This document shows positions 12,329 to 39,836 of a DNA stretch of 64,000 bases, in pieces. Origin of the DNA: Hydrurus foetidus (lineage: Eukaryota). Under the pieces are notes generated by a model. The model saw only the letters and a list, made by a program, of their open reading frames with translations, did not search any database and was not told the origin of the DNA. The stretch is from NCBI GenBank assembly GCA_900617105.1, contig UYFQ01000498.1, positions 1-64,000 on the forward strand. Reading direction: 5' to 3'. The translations under genes were made by a program, and so were the position numbers. The number at the start of each line of letters is the position of its first letter. The first letter of the stretch is position 1.

Positions 12329-15291
12329 ATGTCTTCGCTAGTGTATGAATCAGATATCGCATTAACTCCAATGAATGATAATGAAGACAGTTTTGAGATT
12401 GGAGAAATCCCAAATGTCAAATATTGTAGCGGTGTCATCACAACTCCGAGTACCTCTGATTTATTGGTTTTAAGTCAAAAAAACTATCGGACGTTGTTAG
12501 AATGTAGTAACTCTTCTGAAAAATACTGCTCTTTGCTCGCAAATATCAAGAATGATACTGACTGCGATATCTCCTTGGAAGGTCTCATGGGATTTTTTCT
12601 ACCGCGAAGAATAATATCAAAAAACTTGAGTAATGACATACTAATTAAACCAGCCTCAATATACTATTCTGTACATGATGGTAATAACAGATTCAATGTT
12701 CAATCTTATGAATGTGCACTCCACAAAAACAAAATGACTGAGAATGGTAGCCCATGCAATGACTGTAAGATTAATTGGAGGTCGTTTAGAAATAATACTG
12801 CCACAAAGTACCTAAAAACATCAGATCATGAAAAAATTATTAGAGAAAGTCAAAGAAAATGGGAATCACTGAATGAAGTATTCCAAATGCACATAACTAA
12901 TACAAAATTTAAGTGGGCGGTTGCAAACAAAAAAATGAACAAATTGTTAAAACGTGTGTCTTACTGGAAAAAAAAATTTAAAACACTTCAAGCAGCAGTT
13001 ACTCAATGGCGTAAAATTGAAGAAGAGAGGAACGGTTTCATCCAAGTAGATGAGGATGAAGCAACAATTTGGAATAATTTCTATGAGTTCATAGATAAAC
13101 AAATAGACAAAGAACATCACACCAATGATGAGATGAGAGACCTCCATAAGGAATTAATAAGATCAGAAACAAGTAGCCTTGGAAAATTTAATGCACGAAA
13201 TGATAAGAGGGGGATAAGAACAGCAAAACTTTCCTCAAGAATATTAAACTATTCAATAACATTAGCGGATGCTCTTGGTCAAGTCAAATATGAGAGTGAA
13301 GCAAAATTACGCTCTCTTCCAACATGGGACACAATATCAAGGTAATGGTATGACTAATAATTCCATACGAAAGCAAATAAGTCATTTATTAATTCTGATT
13401 TAAGAATTAATTTATCAATTTTATTCTAGGCATAAAGCTTCACTAAAGTGCGAAGTTGGTGTTCAGTGGACGAATTTAATTCTAGCGTCAGAAGAAGCCT
13501 TGAAGTCTAACAGCGGTAAAGAATGGTGTGCACTATTAATGGACGAGATGATCATCACGAACGGTATTGTTTATTCCGTTTCGCAGCAAAAAGTATATGG
13601 ATTGGCCGAATTACCTTCACATGGTATAAATAGAGAAATCTATCATGACTTTTACGGAATGAATTGTGAAAAAACTAAAGCTGAAGATTTATCGAAAATG
13701 TCATATTTTGATGAGACTTTAACAAAATTATCTGGTCACTCAGCGACAGGCTTAACACAGGTACATAATAGACCATCCAAGGCAATTAACATCATAATAT
13801 ACTGAAATTTTCAAACAGATTTTATTCCAAATACCTCAAATAGGTCCGCCTGGTAAGCTTGGCAGGAGCGCAACTTGACTATTGTATTTATCAATGCTTT
13901 ACAAATACAATGAGCACAATGGACATACATTGCGTAATTTCCAGAAGTCTTTTAGCCGCTTCAATGCTCCATTTTAAAATAATTGCGATCGTTGGAGACG
14001 GAGCACAATGCAATAGACAGTTCCAAAATAGATTCTTCACAAAAACAATTAATAATGGAGATAAAATATTGTATGAAAAGTTAATGATTCATAGAGTTAC
14101 TGAAAAGCCTATCTTCTACATATCTGATCCATCACATATGGTGAAGAAAATTGTATCCAGCTTATCAAGCAGCAATAGAAATATATTCATGAATGTGAAA
14201 GGGAATGTGTGCAATTTATCGCTATCATCTATGATGATACTTTGGATGTCATTTAATAATAACTCGGGACTTAACGAACAACACGATTTTAAAATGACCG
14301 ATTTCGTTAAAAACAGTTTTCAAGCCATGCGAGTTGGACCATGCATTAAGGTAACAGTGAATGCTATGCATGATTCTTGTCTACATATATATATTTTTTT
14401 ATGTATGTATGTTTTATATTGTACCTCAATGAAAGACTAAATTACCTCAAACACATATATCTATATCAGGTCCTGGGACCAAAAATGATTGTAATGATCG
14501 ATAGAGCCCTTTATTATAAAGAGAAATATAACGAATTTAATGTAAAATTACCAAATCAAGTGAATCCGTACTATGCTTTTAAAAATGCAGAAAAATATTG
14601 TGGATGGAGAGAAATATGCGTTTGGTTCACAGACCTATTTGACATTCTGAATTCTACAAAGAATAGATTAGATGCAACCACATACCGCGGTAATCTGGAT
14701 TTTCTAAAAGATTTCTTGGCGTGGTTTGAGTTATGGAAGATAGAATGTTTAGATAGACAGTCATCAAAATTGCCCGAAAGTGCAACTGCATATCAAAAGA
14801 TGTGTGGTTTTTTTACAGCAGAGGCATCGGATGACTGTATCAGTTTGGTAAAATCAATAATACAAATGACCGAATATTACTGTAATGACTGTAACGATTC
14901 GGTATACTTCTTACCTAGAAGAATAAGCCAAGATTTGGTTGAGAATGGTTTCTCGAAAATAAGACTTGCTATTGGTCACGGCAGATTAGATCACAGGACA
15001 ACTGCAGCTTCTTGCACAAAAGTAAATTTAATAAAAGAAGTTAATACTAGTGAAAGAAATAGAAAAAAGAGAAACTCGGGTGGGTGCCTTAAAAGAGAAT
15101 CGGTAATTATGAATAAAAACGATCCAATATCCAAGCCCCTTGCAACATCAAATGATAAAAATGAACCGAGAGTCCAATGCACTGACTATGCGATACTACG
15201 CATGGATGAAGCAAGGAAAAGAAAAGAAATTATTTTCAATAAAAAAGATTTATTAATATGGAAACAAACAGATGGTATTTTGCATCTTTAG
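12329..15291 (+). CDS. P-element/THAP9-like transposase, 4 exons (12329-13341, 13430-13760, 13844-14350, 14470-15291), ~890 aa
   Basis: Three GT-AG introns join the ORFs in frame; motifs LLMDEM, VGDGAQCN, SDPSHMVKK (DxxH), MRVGPCIKVLG, ISQDLVENGFSKIR. Confidence 0.88.
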
Positions 15292-15400
15292 ATATCACAT
15301 AAAAAAAATGACTACCAACAAAAATATCAAACCATTTCTTAGTGACAAAAAAATATACAAATGAGATAATAAGATGTAATTCAAATATTACTGAAATCAA

Positions 15401-16891
15401 TCACAAGTCCTCCTCGACTATGTTGGATACAAAGTGAGAATCAAATGAAATCTCCATCGCTTCAGAGCTAATCTCAAGGTTCGTTGCGCTTTGATGATCA
15501 GCATTATTGTCAAAATCACCATAATCTTGTAAACCCTCTAATTCAATTAAATTATCCAATTCAACAGATTCCTTATCGAGAGGATCATTTTGAATTAGAG
15601 GCTCATCAAGAGCAAGATATTTAGTGCACGATGACTGATGTCTGGCAAGCCAACCTTTAGCCGCAAATTTTTTTCCACATATACAGGAGTTGGTGCAAGG
15701 GAGTATAGAGGCAGTACACTCATCATTACTGTTTGTAACCCCCTTCTTAAGTGCAATAGATTTTTTACTTTGAGCATCAGCACTTAAAGTCAACAATGCG
15801 GTTCTGATACCTGACGCCCCTGTTTTGCTTAATAGCACATTAGATAATCGAAGCTGATATATGTCCTTCGAATATACCCTGATAAATCCCTGCACTAAAA
15901 ATTGGAATAGATAACATACGGGTGTTTTGTCTTCGGCCAAATTCATTGCACCTTCAAAATTATCTTGCATTGTATAGCATGACTTCATGAATGCCTTTTG
16001 AACTGAATCTGAATGAAGAAGTAGTTCATGAACCAACTTTACTGGTTCGGATGAATTGAACAGTATTAGGACATCTGTTGACAAACACTGCATGTAAATC
16101 GCCTGCATGATCTTAATAAACTCAAAGTTTGCACCCCTCGCAAAATAAAGTCCTTCTGAGTGTTGACGGAACAATAGATAGCCTGCTGGCAACTTATCTT
16201 CTACTGCCATATGACCATTCGGATATCGCGAGTGCGTGTAGTACTCAGTGAATACAAAATGGTAGTCACTCTTCAGTCTATTGTAGCGAAGTAAATTGAA
16301 TAGTCGCGCTCCGCACAGGTAACCAGTAATATCATAAATCTTATCCAGCATAGTAGTAGAAAAAGGATACGAAGAATCATTCGGTCTCTCTTTAATAAAG
16401 TTATTAACATCCATTCCTTTAGCAAAATGCAACCATTTCCAGTAATTGTCGTATAGAGATTGTTCCAAGATACAGAACAATAAGTTACTTTCTTCGAATT
16501 TGTTAACGGTTGACGTTTCATCTTCCAACAGCAACAAATGATCCTTTGTACCACTCAAACAAGAAAACTTCTTCAGGTATTCATCGATAAGAAGAATTCT
16601 ACTCGACTCATATTTTTGGACCATGAGTTTTCCAGCTCGGTGTCTTTTCTCGAGAGGACCGATCGTTTTGGTCACCAAAGAATTGTACAGGCTATGATAG
16701 CCACCAGTTAGCCCGTATAATACTTGAATGACGTCATTTGATGTGACGGGATCTGTCATGCACTTGTTAAAAAAGTTAGTGAAGACTTGCTGCCGCTGCA
16801 GGAAAAATTCGTCACAGCTGTAGAGAGCCTGCATGGTCGTTTTAAAGATGCCACCATCACTCAGAAATATGTCAAGATCAAGCACGACCAT
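15401..16891 (-). CDS. Second ORF of the P element (~496 aa from first ATG; frame open to 16933); P-transposase C-terminal-like domain, zinc finger and acidic tail
   Basis: Uninterrupted ORF inside the TIRs; IYDITGYL, SEGLYFA..NFEF, CICGKKF....WLARHQSSC, D/E-rich C-terminus. Confidence 0.75.
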   Translation of the reverse strand: MVVLDLDIFLSDGGIFKTTMQALYSCDEFFLQRQQVFTNFFNKCMTDPVTSNDVIQVLYGLTGGYHSLYNSLVTKTIGPLEKRHRAGKLMVQKYESSRILLIDEYLKKFSCLSGTKDHLLLLEDETSTVNKFEESNLLFCILEQSLYDNYWKWLHFAKGMDVNNFIKERPNDSSYPFSTTMLDKIYDITGYLCGARLFNLLRYNRLKSDYHFVFTEYYTHSRYPNGHMAVEDKLPAGYLLFRQHSEGLYFARGANFEFIKIMQAIYMQCLSTDVLILFNSSEPVKLVHELLLHSDSVQKAFMKSCYTMQDNFEGAMNLAEDKTPVCYLFQFLVQGFIRVYSKDIYQLRLSNVLLSKTGASGIRTALLTLSADAQSKKSIALKKGVTNSNDECTASILPCTNSCICGKKFAAKGWLARHQSSCTKYLALDEPLIQNDPLDKESVELDNLIELEGLQDYGDFDNNADHQSATNLEISSEAMEISFDSHFVSNIVEEDL

Positions 16892-17203
16892 TGTGCGAGG
16901 GAAGAGGACTGCAAATGAAGCACAATCGACCAATATTGAGTGAGTGCTTATGTAACGTTACCAAAGGATATCAGGTAGTTCAGCTTCAAATTTATTGAGC
17001 GAGACTGAGGTGAGAATTTGTTTGAGTGGGGATGGGTCTCGAAACCGCCCCCTCTCCTTTTATACCCCCTTGCCTTGTTGACCAATATGAATCCAAAAGT
17101 AAAGACGGTGACTACGGTACTTTTAAAAGAATATCATCAGCGGGGTGCCACAAGCACTGTCAGAAGTCAGCAGAAAGCTCTATTTACGGACGTGCGGTAG
17201 ATA

Positions 17204-18136
17204 ATGATCGTAGGGGGTACCAGTGCCAATTCCAATAATTGCTGCTCAGCAGACTCCGATTGCTGCCGCGGGACTTGCTGCAGCGCACCCACTCTATGCA
17301 GCACAACACCGAAGGATGTTCTTTTCGTTACACGCAACAATGCTCGAGTGAGATTCTTAAAAGTGATTGGAGGAGTAACGTTGTTTCTCTCCGTTATTGA
17401 AGCTGGCGTTGGAGGCGCCGTCTTCACCTACCTTAACAGTAGTTACAATTGCGGTGCGTTCTGGGTCTCATTTCTTACATTTGCAGCTGCTGCCTGCGCT
17501 ATTGTATCAAAAGACCGAGATTGGATCATTTCCGCTTGTGTCTTCGCCTCCTTCTCGACTCCAGTCGCACTTGTTGGGGTTTATTTGGAATCAGGAACGT
17601 TCCAGCACTTCAGTGGTATTGCTGTCTGCAGAGGAGGAGATGGTAAAAGATACTATGCGAACCCGGAGTACAGTTCCAAACGTTTCTATTGTTTGGCGTC
17701 TCGGCCTCCCGAAGACAATGTTTGCCATTGCGCATATAAATTCGAACATGAAGAATGTGCTATCATCACCCTGAATCCAATCGATGCGTCCACGAAGATG
17801 ACCTGCAACAACATCTTCACAACTTATAGACAAACTCTTGCAGCCTCAATAGCTTTCTGCACATTCCTTGTCTTCTTTTTATTCATCTTATCCCTTGTGT
17901 CCTGCGTGATTCTGTGCTGCCCTATACCGCAGACAACCAATGAGCCGGAACCTAAAGAGGAACCCATTGAGGAATACACATTCGGTGTTACTCATTCGAC
18001 TGCATTTTCCGTACTAAATTCTGGCAATCAACATTTACATGCAAATGATATCACTCGACCGATTGAACATTCAGACGCAAGTGATGCCGATCAGCCGACT
18101 GAACATTTATATACTACGACTGTGGCTACGTTGTAG
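17204..18136 (+). CDS. Four-TM membrane protein, CD20/MS4A-like, with Cys-rich loop
   Basis: 310-aa intronless ORF; three clustered hydrophobic helices with GAFW, a Cys-rich loop, a fourth helix ending CVILCC. Confidence 0.65.
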   Translation: MIVGGTSANSNNCCSADSDCCRGTCCSAPTLCSTTPKDVLFVTRNNARVRFLKVIGGVTLFLSVIEAGVGGAVFTYLNSSYNCGAFWVSFLTFAAAACAIVSKDRDWIISACVFASFSTPVALVGVYLESGTFQHFSGIAVCRGGDGKRYYANPEYSSKRFYCLASRPPEDNVCHCAYKFEHEECAIITLNPIDASTKMTCNNIFTTYRQTLAASIAFCTFLVFFLFILSLVSCVILCCPIPQTTNEPEPKEEPIEEYTFGVTHSTAFSVLNSGNQHLHANDITRPIEHSDASDADQPTEHLYTTTVATL

Positions 18137-19649
18137 AGAAAATACTGAGCCACCGTGAACGATTTCTACGTACCCAAATAGACAACAATTATTTATGTTA
18201 TTACCTAACAAATGCGTTCATCTATCTGCTCGTCTGTCATCCAACATTTTCACGCAATGAGCAAGTGAAAGTCTCGTGTGTGGCAAAAAAACGTTGAAGC
18301 GCTTAAGCTCAATAAACGACAGTTGATGACAATTGATGTGGAGGATTGTGGTTTACTGTGCTACTGTATTAGACAAATCGCCATGAAAGTGAAAGTCCAA
18401 GGTCTATGTCATGAAAATCCTCGCCCATGCAGTCACTCTGATCAACCACTAGCACCCCTGTAGACGATGCAAATATGTTCTCTGTCAAACTCCGCTACAT
18501 CGGCACCAATATCAAATTGAGTCTGCACTTTCCGAATCATTTCATTGTTCCGCTCTACAGCGAACTTCAGTTGCTCAACTGCCTCGTTCAGCTTTATTGC
18601 TTCAGTTTAAATCTGCACGGGATGCGAAGTATCCCTCCTTTGAGAAGAAAACTCATTCTGCTTGTGGGCTCTATTTGTTGGATGGACTCTTGAGTTTAGT
18701 GCTTGATTGCTGCCCGCACCAGAAGGTGATAGATACTTCTTTTCGGTGCGTGGTTTGATACTCATCATGCCCGCTGATGAGTCATCTTCATTAAGATGAA
18801 CATCTGCACTATGTGTCCCTCTCCTGCTGATGTCGGTGCAGTTGCTAGTCGCATCATGCTGACCGTCGATAACGATATTCTAATAATCTCGATTGCTTTT
18901 CTCAGCAATTATCGACACAGGCTGTCCATCCACATGAAGTTTTTGCTGCGTGAAATTTCTGAAAGGACTCTCCGTTATCAGCAATATGGGAATATGACGA
19001 TACTTTCCGATATAGATTGTGCTGTTCATCGGCTATAAGCTGCGAATATTCGCAATCGTAGCTGGTTGCTTCATGCGCTGCATCACAATCGTAACTTACG
19101 ATGATAGTTAAACTAGCTGTAAGGTCCTCTTCGTTGTCGCTGCTCAACATTACTGTCTGTACTGTAATATGTCCACTAAAAAAGTCTGAACTTTTCCAGA
19201 GCCTATGGTTCTAAGTCAGACAGCGGATCTAACAGAAGTGCGATAAGAGCGAAGGATACCTCCACGCCATCACATATCCTAGATTATGTAACACCAACAT
19301 CATTATTCAAAAAAAGAATTTCCATGAAGTTTCATTGCAGCGACTGATAACTGAGGGCCTTGTCCAAGATACGCATCCCCATTGAGAGATGAACTTCCAC
19401 AGCAGCTGCCATTGAGAGCTGTTGTTGCATGATGATGGATAGATAATATCATGCTACGCTGCTACGCAGAACATTCCAGTTTCAGACGGAGGGAATCAAC
19501 CGAATTTCGCCGGTCGGAGGCCTGCTAGGCCGGTATCATTACACTGGTAGTGAATGAAGAGATGAAAAGGGAGGAGGTCGAGATGGAAGTTGATGCTGTC
19601 ATTCATCATTGAGCAATCACTGTCAATATCTGCGCGACGTTGCTCTTTA

Positions 19650-21629
19650 ATGTCTGCTGATCAAGACCATCTTGAGGCGAACCTCCTCGATGAGTCCCCG
19701 GACGAGGCTTCTCATGCACTGCATTCTGCTGCACCGTGTCCTTCAGCGACACGAACCTCACCAGTGGTGGTTCTGGTGATTGGAATGGCAGGAGTTGGCA
19801 AAACGACGCTTATGCATCGTATCAATTTGCATATGCTGGAGAAGAAACTCCGGGGATATTACGTAAATCTTGACCCCGCTGTGAGAAATGTACCTTTTTC
19901 GGCAAACATTGATATCAGAGACACGATAAACTATAAAGAAGTAATGAAACAGTATGGATTGGGACCAAACGGAGCTATCTTGACATCCCTAAATCTCTTT
20001 GCAACTAGATTTGATCAGGTCATAGGCATATTAGAGAAAAGGGCAGACGACATTGATTATATTTTCATTGATACACCAGGCCAGATAGAGGCCTTTACAT
20101 GGAGTGCCGGTGGTCAGATAATCACTGAGCTGCTCGGAACAACATTTCCAACCGCGGTCATGTACATATCAGATACTTCGCGGTGTACATCGCCAACCAC
20201 ATTTATGAGCAATATGCTGAACTCGTGTTCTGTAATGTATAAGTCGAGATTGCCAATGATCTGCGTGTTTAACAAGATCGATGTCACACCCTTTGAGTTC
20301 CTCGAAGAATGGATGGACGATTTTGAAGCGTTTCAGACAGCTGTAGATGCTGATAAGGAAGAGTACATGGGCTCGTTGAATAGGTCTCTGTCTCTGGTAA
20401 TGGATGAGTTTTACAGGTAATCGAGAATCAATTACTACTTAATCTATTCCCCCTGTCAACGAAATCAACTCAATCATATAAGCCTAACCATCAAAAAGTA
20501 ACCACTTAACAACAATTTTATCTTCAATTCCTCCTCTTTAATCCTCTAAGACACATCAAAACAGCGGGGGTGTCAGCAGTGACAGGAGAGGGGATTGACA
20601 AACTTTTCAGCAAGATAGATGAAGCGGGGGTAGAGTTTCAGGAATGCTATCTGCCCGACTTGCAAAGGTAGGAATAAAAAAGCACTTGATACATTACCGA
20701 CCATGCTTAAGTAAGTGTGATGCAGTGATGTGTAGTGTAGTGTAGTGCGGTGTAGTGGCGGTGTAGTGTAGTGCGGCGAGTGTTGTGTAATGAAGTGTAG
20801 TGTAGTGTAGTGTAGTGCGGCGAGTGTTGTGTAATGAAGTGTAGTGTAGTGTAGTGCGGCGAGTGTCGTGTAATGAAGTGTAGTGTAGTGTAGTGTAGTG
20901 CGGCGAGTGTTGTGTAATGAAGTGCAGTGTGCCATCTACCCTCTATCTGTGAATCACTCTTGGATAAAAAGAATGATAAAAAAGAGGACTAAGAGACATC
21001 TGAATCCTCACCGCACTTCTCCACCCGTTCTGACTTCAACTCGATTCTGACTTCAACTCGACTCTGGCTCTTATCACAGGCGTACAGAGGAGAGGACAGC
21101 GAGGGACATCGCGAAGCAGAAGACTGACCTTGAAAGACTTCAGAAGGTGTGTCATAAATGCGACCCTCAGTCATGCATGGCAAACACACTACTTTCTATT
21201 TTTTTTTAGTTTAGTCAGATATCTCTGCTCTAACGACGCCACTCTTCTGGTTTCCCTGCCTGTCTGTCTGTTTGTCTGTTTTTTTGTCTTCTCGAGATCT
21301 CTTATCGTTATCTGTCCAAAACGTTTAAGTGAGGTAATTTTTTACCCAAGGCGATTCTTTCTTCTTCTTTCTTTCTTTCTTTCTTTCTTCCTTCCTATTC
21401 TTTTTCTTTTTCTTTTTCTCTCAATTACGTTGCATTGCACTGTCTTATAAACAACATTCCCTCATTCTTCTTTCTTCTACTCCTTCTTCTTTCAACAACA
21501 CTGCACTGCACTGCACACGATTTGCAGGATCTCGCATCTACCAAGGGAGACAGAATAGTGGCTGATGTGAGGTGTCCTGAACTAGAGCAGCCTCAGTCAA
21601 GTCCTTACTTCTTGGGTAAAGGAAAGTGA
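19650..21629 (+). CDS. GPN1: GPN-loop GTPase 1 (XAB1/Npa3); exons ~19650-20417, 20551-20667, 21080-21147, 21529-21629
   Basis: [57 protein letters not shown]. Confidence 0.93.
20725..20930 (+). repeat. Compound repeat GCGGCGAGTGTTGTGTAATGAA + (GTGTA)n, 4 copies, in GPN1 intron 2
   Basis: Read directly. Confidence 0.85.
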
Positions 21630-22502
21630 ATGGGACGAAATTGAAACTGATGTTAAATTTATGGGCGACATTGAATCTGTCACAGCACAATACCTAACAA
21701 TCAATATCATGTGCATTTTTCTTTCGTGAAATTCGTAATAACGAGATTATTATCAAGTTTTGGGTGCTATTTCTTTTTGCTGCAAGTTCCATATAGAGTG
21801 AACTATAATTCGGCAGTATGGTCGGCTTTTAGTCCTTCTTTCCACTGTAACCACTGATGGAAACTCTGAGACAAATGGAGATTGTTGTCAGCTGTAAAAA
21901 CTGCAAGATGAGATATATTAAATCAATGCCATACTTGTATCTTGTTGGTGTGTGTAATTTGCTAATACCTCTTTTTTGTCCATATTATTATCCTCTTGAT
22001 ATCTTTGTTTTGTTGATATTTGCATTCTGTTCATATTTGTATCTTGTAATGCTCTCTCAAAATCATGTTGAGGATAGTCCTCTCCCATGAATAAATATGA
22101 TGATCTCCTACAAGCTACAGAGAGAAATCTATCCACGATGAAAAATGTTTTTTGCACCACCATTATGCAGGCTGGTATCAGCTGGACGCGGCGAATATGT
22201 GCGGTCATTTCGTCATTTTGTATTTCAGTACAATATGGAATTCGATTAGATATCAGGTTGAAGATTGGATTGATCCGTACATATTAACCTCGAAAATTCT
22301 GTCGGAAACGAAAAAATAACCATTTTTAGTGTCTTGTTGGTGTATACAGTGTACATTATTTCCTGGATCTCGCGATCTTCACTTTGGAGATTCATTTCTC
22401 ACTTTGCTCCAAGTAGTTTCTTTACTGCAGCAAACTCACAAGAGAATTTGAAAGTCGTCTCATTCTGCGGGTTTGTCAATCACCGATCAATCCGTCTGTG
22501 CA

Positions 22503-38048
<15,546 letters not shown>

Positions 38049-39500
38049 GTAGCAGCTAATTCACACATCTCAAATATTGCTGATAACGATGGAGGTGATG
38101 ATGATAGGGAGGTCTGGGATTAATCATGACGGTCAACGATGAAGAAAAATTGGTTACGTGAAAGATGATAAGAAGGGAGAGGGAGGGAGGGAGGGAGAAG
38201 GTGAGAAAGGGGGAGGTAGGGAGGGGGGGGGGAAGGGGGAGGTAGGGAGAGACAGCGTATTGCATGTTGTCGCATTAGCTACGGTGTGTGAGAGATATTA
38301 TCTGTCATGTTTGAATTGGGATGAATCAAAATTGAATGAATGAAAGAATGAAAGAAAGAAAATCGTTTCTCGCAGGGTAGTAGATTAAGTCAAGTGACTT
38401 CGTTATCTAAGATTTGGTTTCAACAGTGTAGAAGATGACACGAAATAGCAAAATAGAAAAAAAGAGAAGGAGAAAATGTCAAGCCGCTGAGAATTTTGAC
38501 AGATAATAAGAAGACAGATAAATAGGCAAACAGATAGACAGGAAATAGAATACAAGGTGTATCAGTCAAGAGGCAGGCGGACTCACAGACTCTTGGAGAA
38601 AAAGAAGGAAAAGGGTTGGAAACGCAATGAAGTAGTAAGAAAAAAAGAAGAAAAAAAAAGAAAAAAAGGGGTGTGGTGTATTCTTACTGTTCGGACAAGC
38701 GTCCAAATCAAACAGAACGATGTCTTCTGCATGAACAGCACTTAAACATATTTTGCTCAATTATATAGAACAAATTCAATTAGGCAGAATAGCTTATACG
38801 GAAGTCAAAAAACGGAAAAAGAAGAATAAGATTGATAACATAAAATCTAGCATTACTATTCCACATGTCTGCGGAGTAATAAAAGATGAAAATTATCAGT
38901 CCACGGAAATAATCAAATAACATGTGATGCGTCTGACTCATGAAATTTTACTTTTCAGCTTGGACTTGATTCGTGATTTTCCCTTTTGAACTGTTAACAG
39001 TGTGGTGTTTCAGTAGGTGACCGTCAAGAAATCCATCTCAAATCCCACGGAAAGTGGCGCCATTGAATGTTTAATGTTACAGCTATTGAATCCTCTGAGT
39101 ATTCTGTTTACGGAAATCCCCCATATCGGTTAATACTGCATGATTTAAATAAACGAATCTTTAAATTTTGGAATGTGCCCACTTTTATGTATTGTTTTTT
39201 ATCGTATTTAAGAAAGACAGATAGTCGTTGAGGTCGAAGCTACTTTTTTCATTGTCACTTTAATATGGTACATTAATGTTTTATTGATTATTTATTTTTT
39301 GGCACTTGGTGTAATTTGATGCAATTGATGCTTGCTGTTTCGGATAATCGCAATCACAGGAAGGAAAAAAGATGGATTGGCAAAGTAGAACAGAGTAGAT
39401 TAGATGAGATTAAATATCACCGTCATATCATTTCATCTCATCGGCACATCAAACATTCAATACCGCACCGTTCTTTCGATGAATTTCATTTCTGCCGATT

Positions 39501-39668
39501 CTTTCAGATTACACAATACGTGACCTGCACATGGAAACACCGCTTTCAGATTACACAATACGTGATCTGCACATGGAAACACCGCTTTCAGATTACACAA
39601 TACGTGATCTGCACATGGAAACACCGCTTTCAGATTACACAATACGTGATCTGCACATGGAAACACCG
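39501..39668 (+). repeat. 42-bp minisatellite, 4 copies
   Basis: Unit CTTTCAGATTACACAATACGTGATCTGCACATGGAAACACCG. Confidence 0.92.
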
Positions 39669-39836
39669 AGTGCAATAGGCATTGCAAGAGAGTGGGAATA
39701 CGAGCTGGAGAAGTACAGTGTAGTCTAGACTTGAATAGCATATAGCGGTGGTGCAGTGTACAGTGATGTGCACTCCGTGTAAATAATGACGGCATGCATA
39801 GCTCTCCGTAATGCAGTACTATGTTCTGTATTGAAA

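Larger units (their letters stand above)
10167..17072 (+). mobile_element. P-element superfamily DNA transposon, 6.9 kb, two convergent ORFs
   Basis: 78-bp TIRs 10167-10244 / 16995-17072 (2 mismatches) starting CAAGGGGGTATA; 7-bp TSD CCTTGTT at 10160-10166 and 17073-17079; P-type transposase inside. Confidence 0.93.

Noticed and set aside
15401..16933. ORF2 as a Fanzor/TnpB RNA-guided nuclease
   Set aside because: No RuvC D-E-D motifs or CxxC..CxxC finger recognisable; motifs fit a P-transposase C-terminal domain better
18140..19590. Gene or pseudogene between the membrane-protein gene and GPN1
   Set aside because: Only short ORFs with no recognisable motif or consistent splice structure
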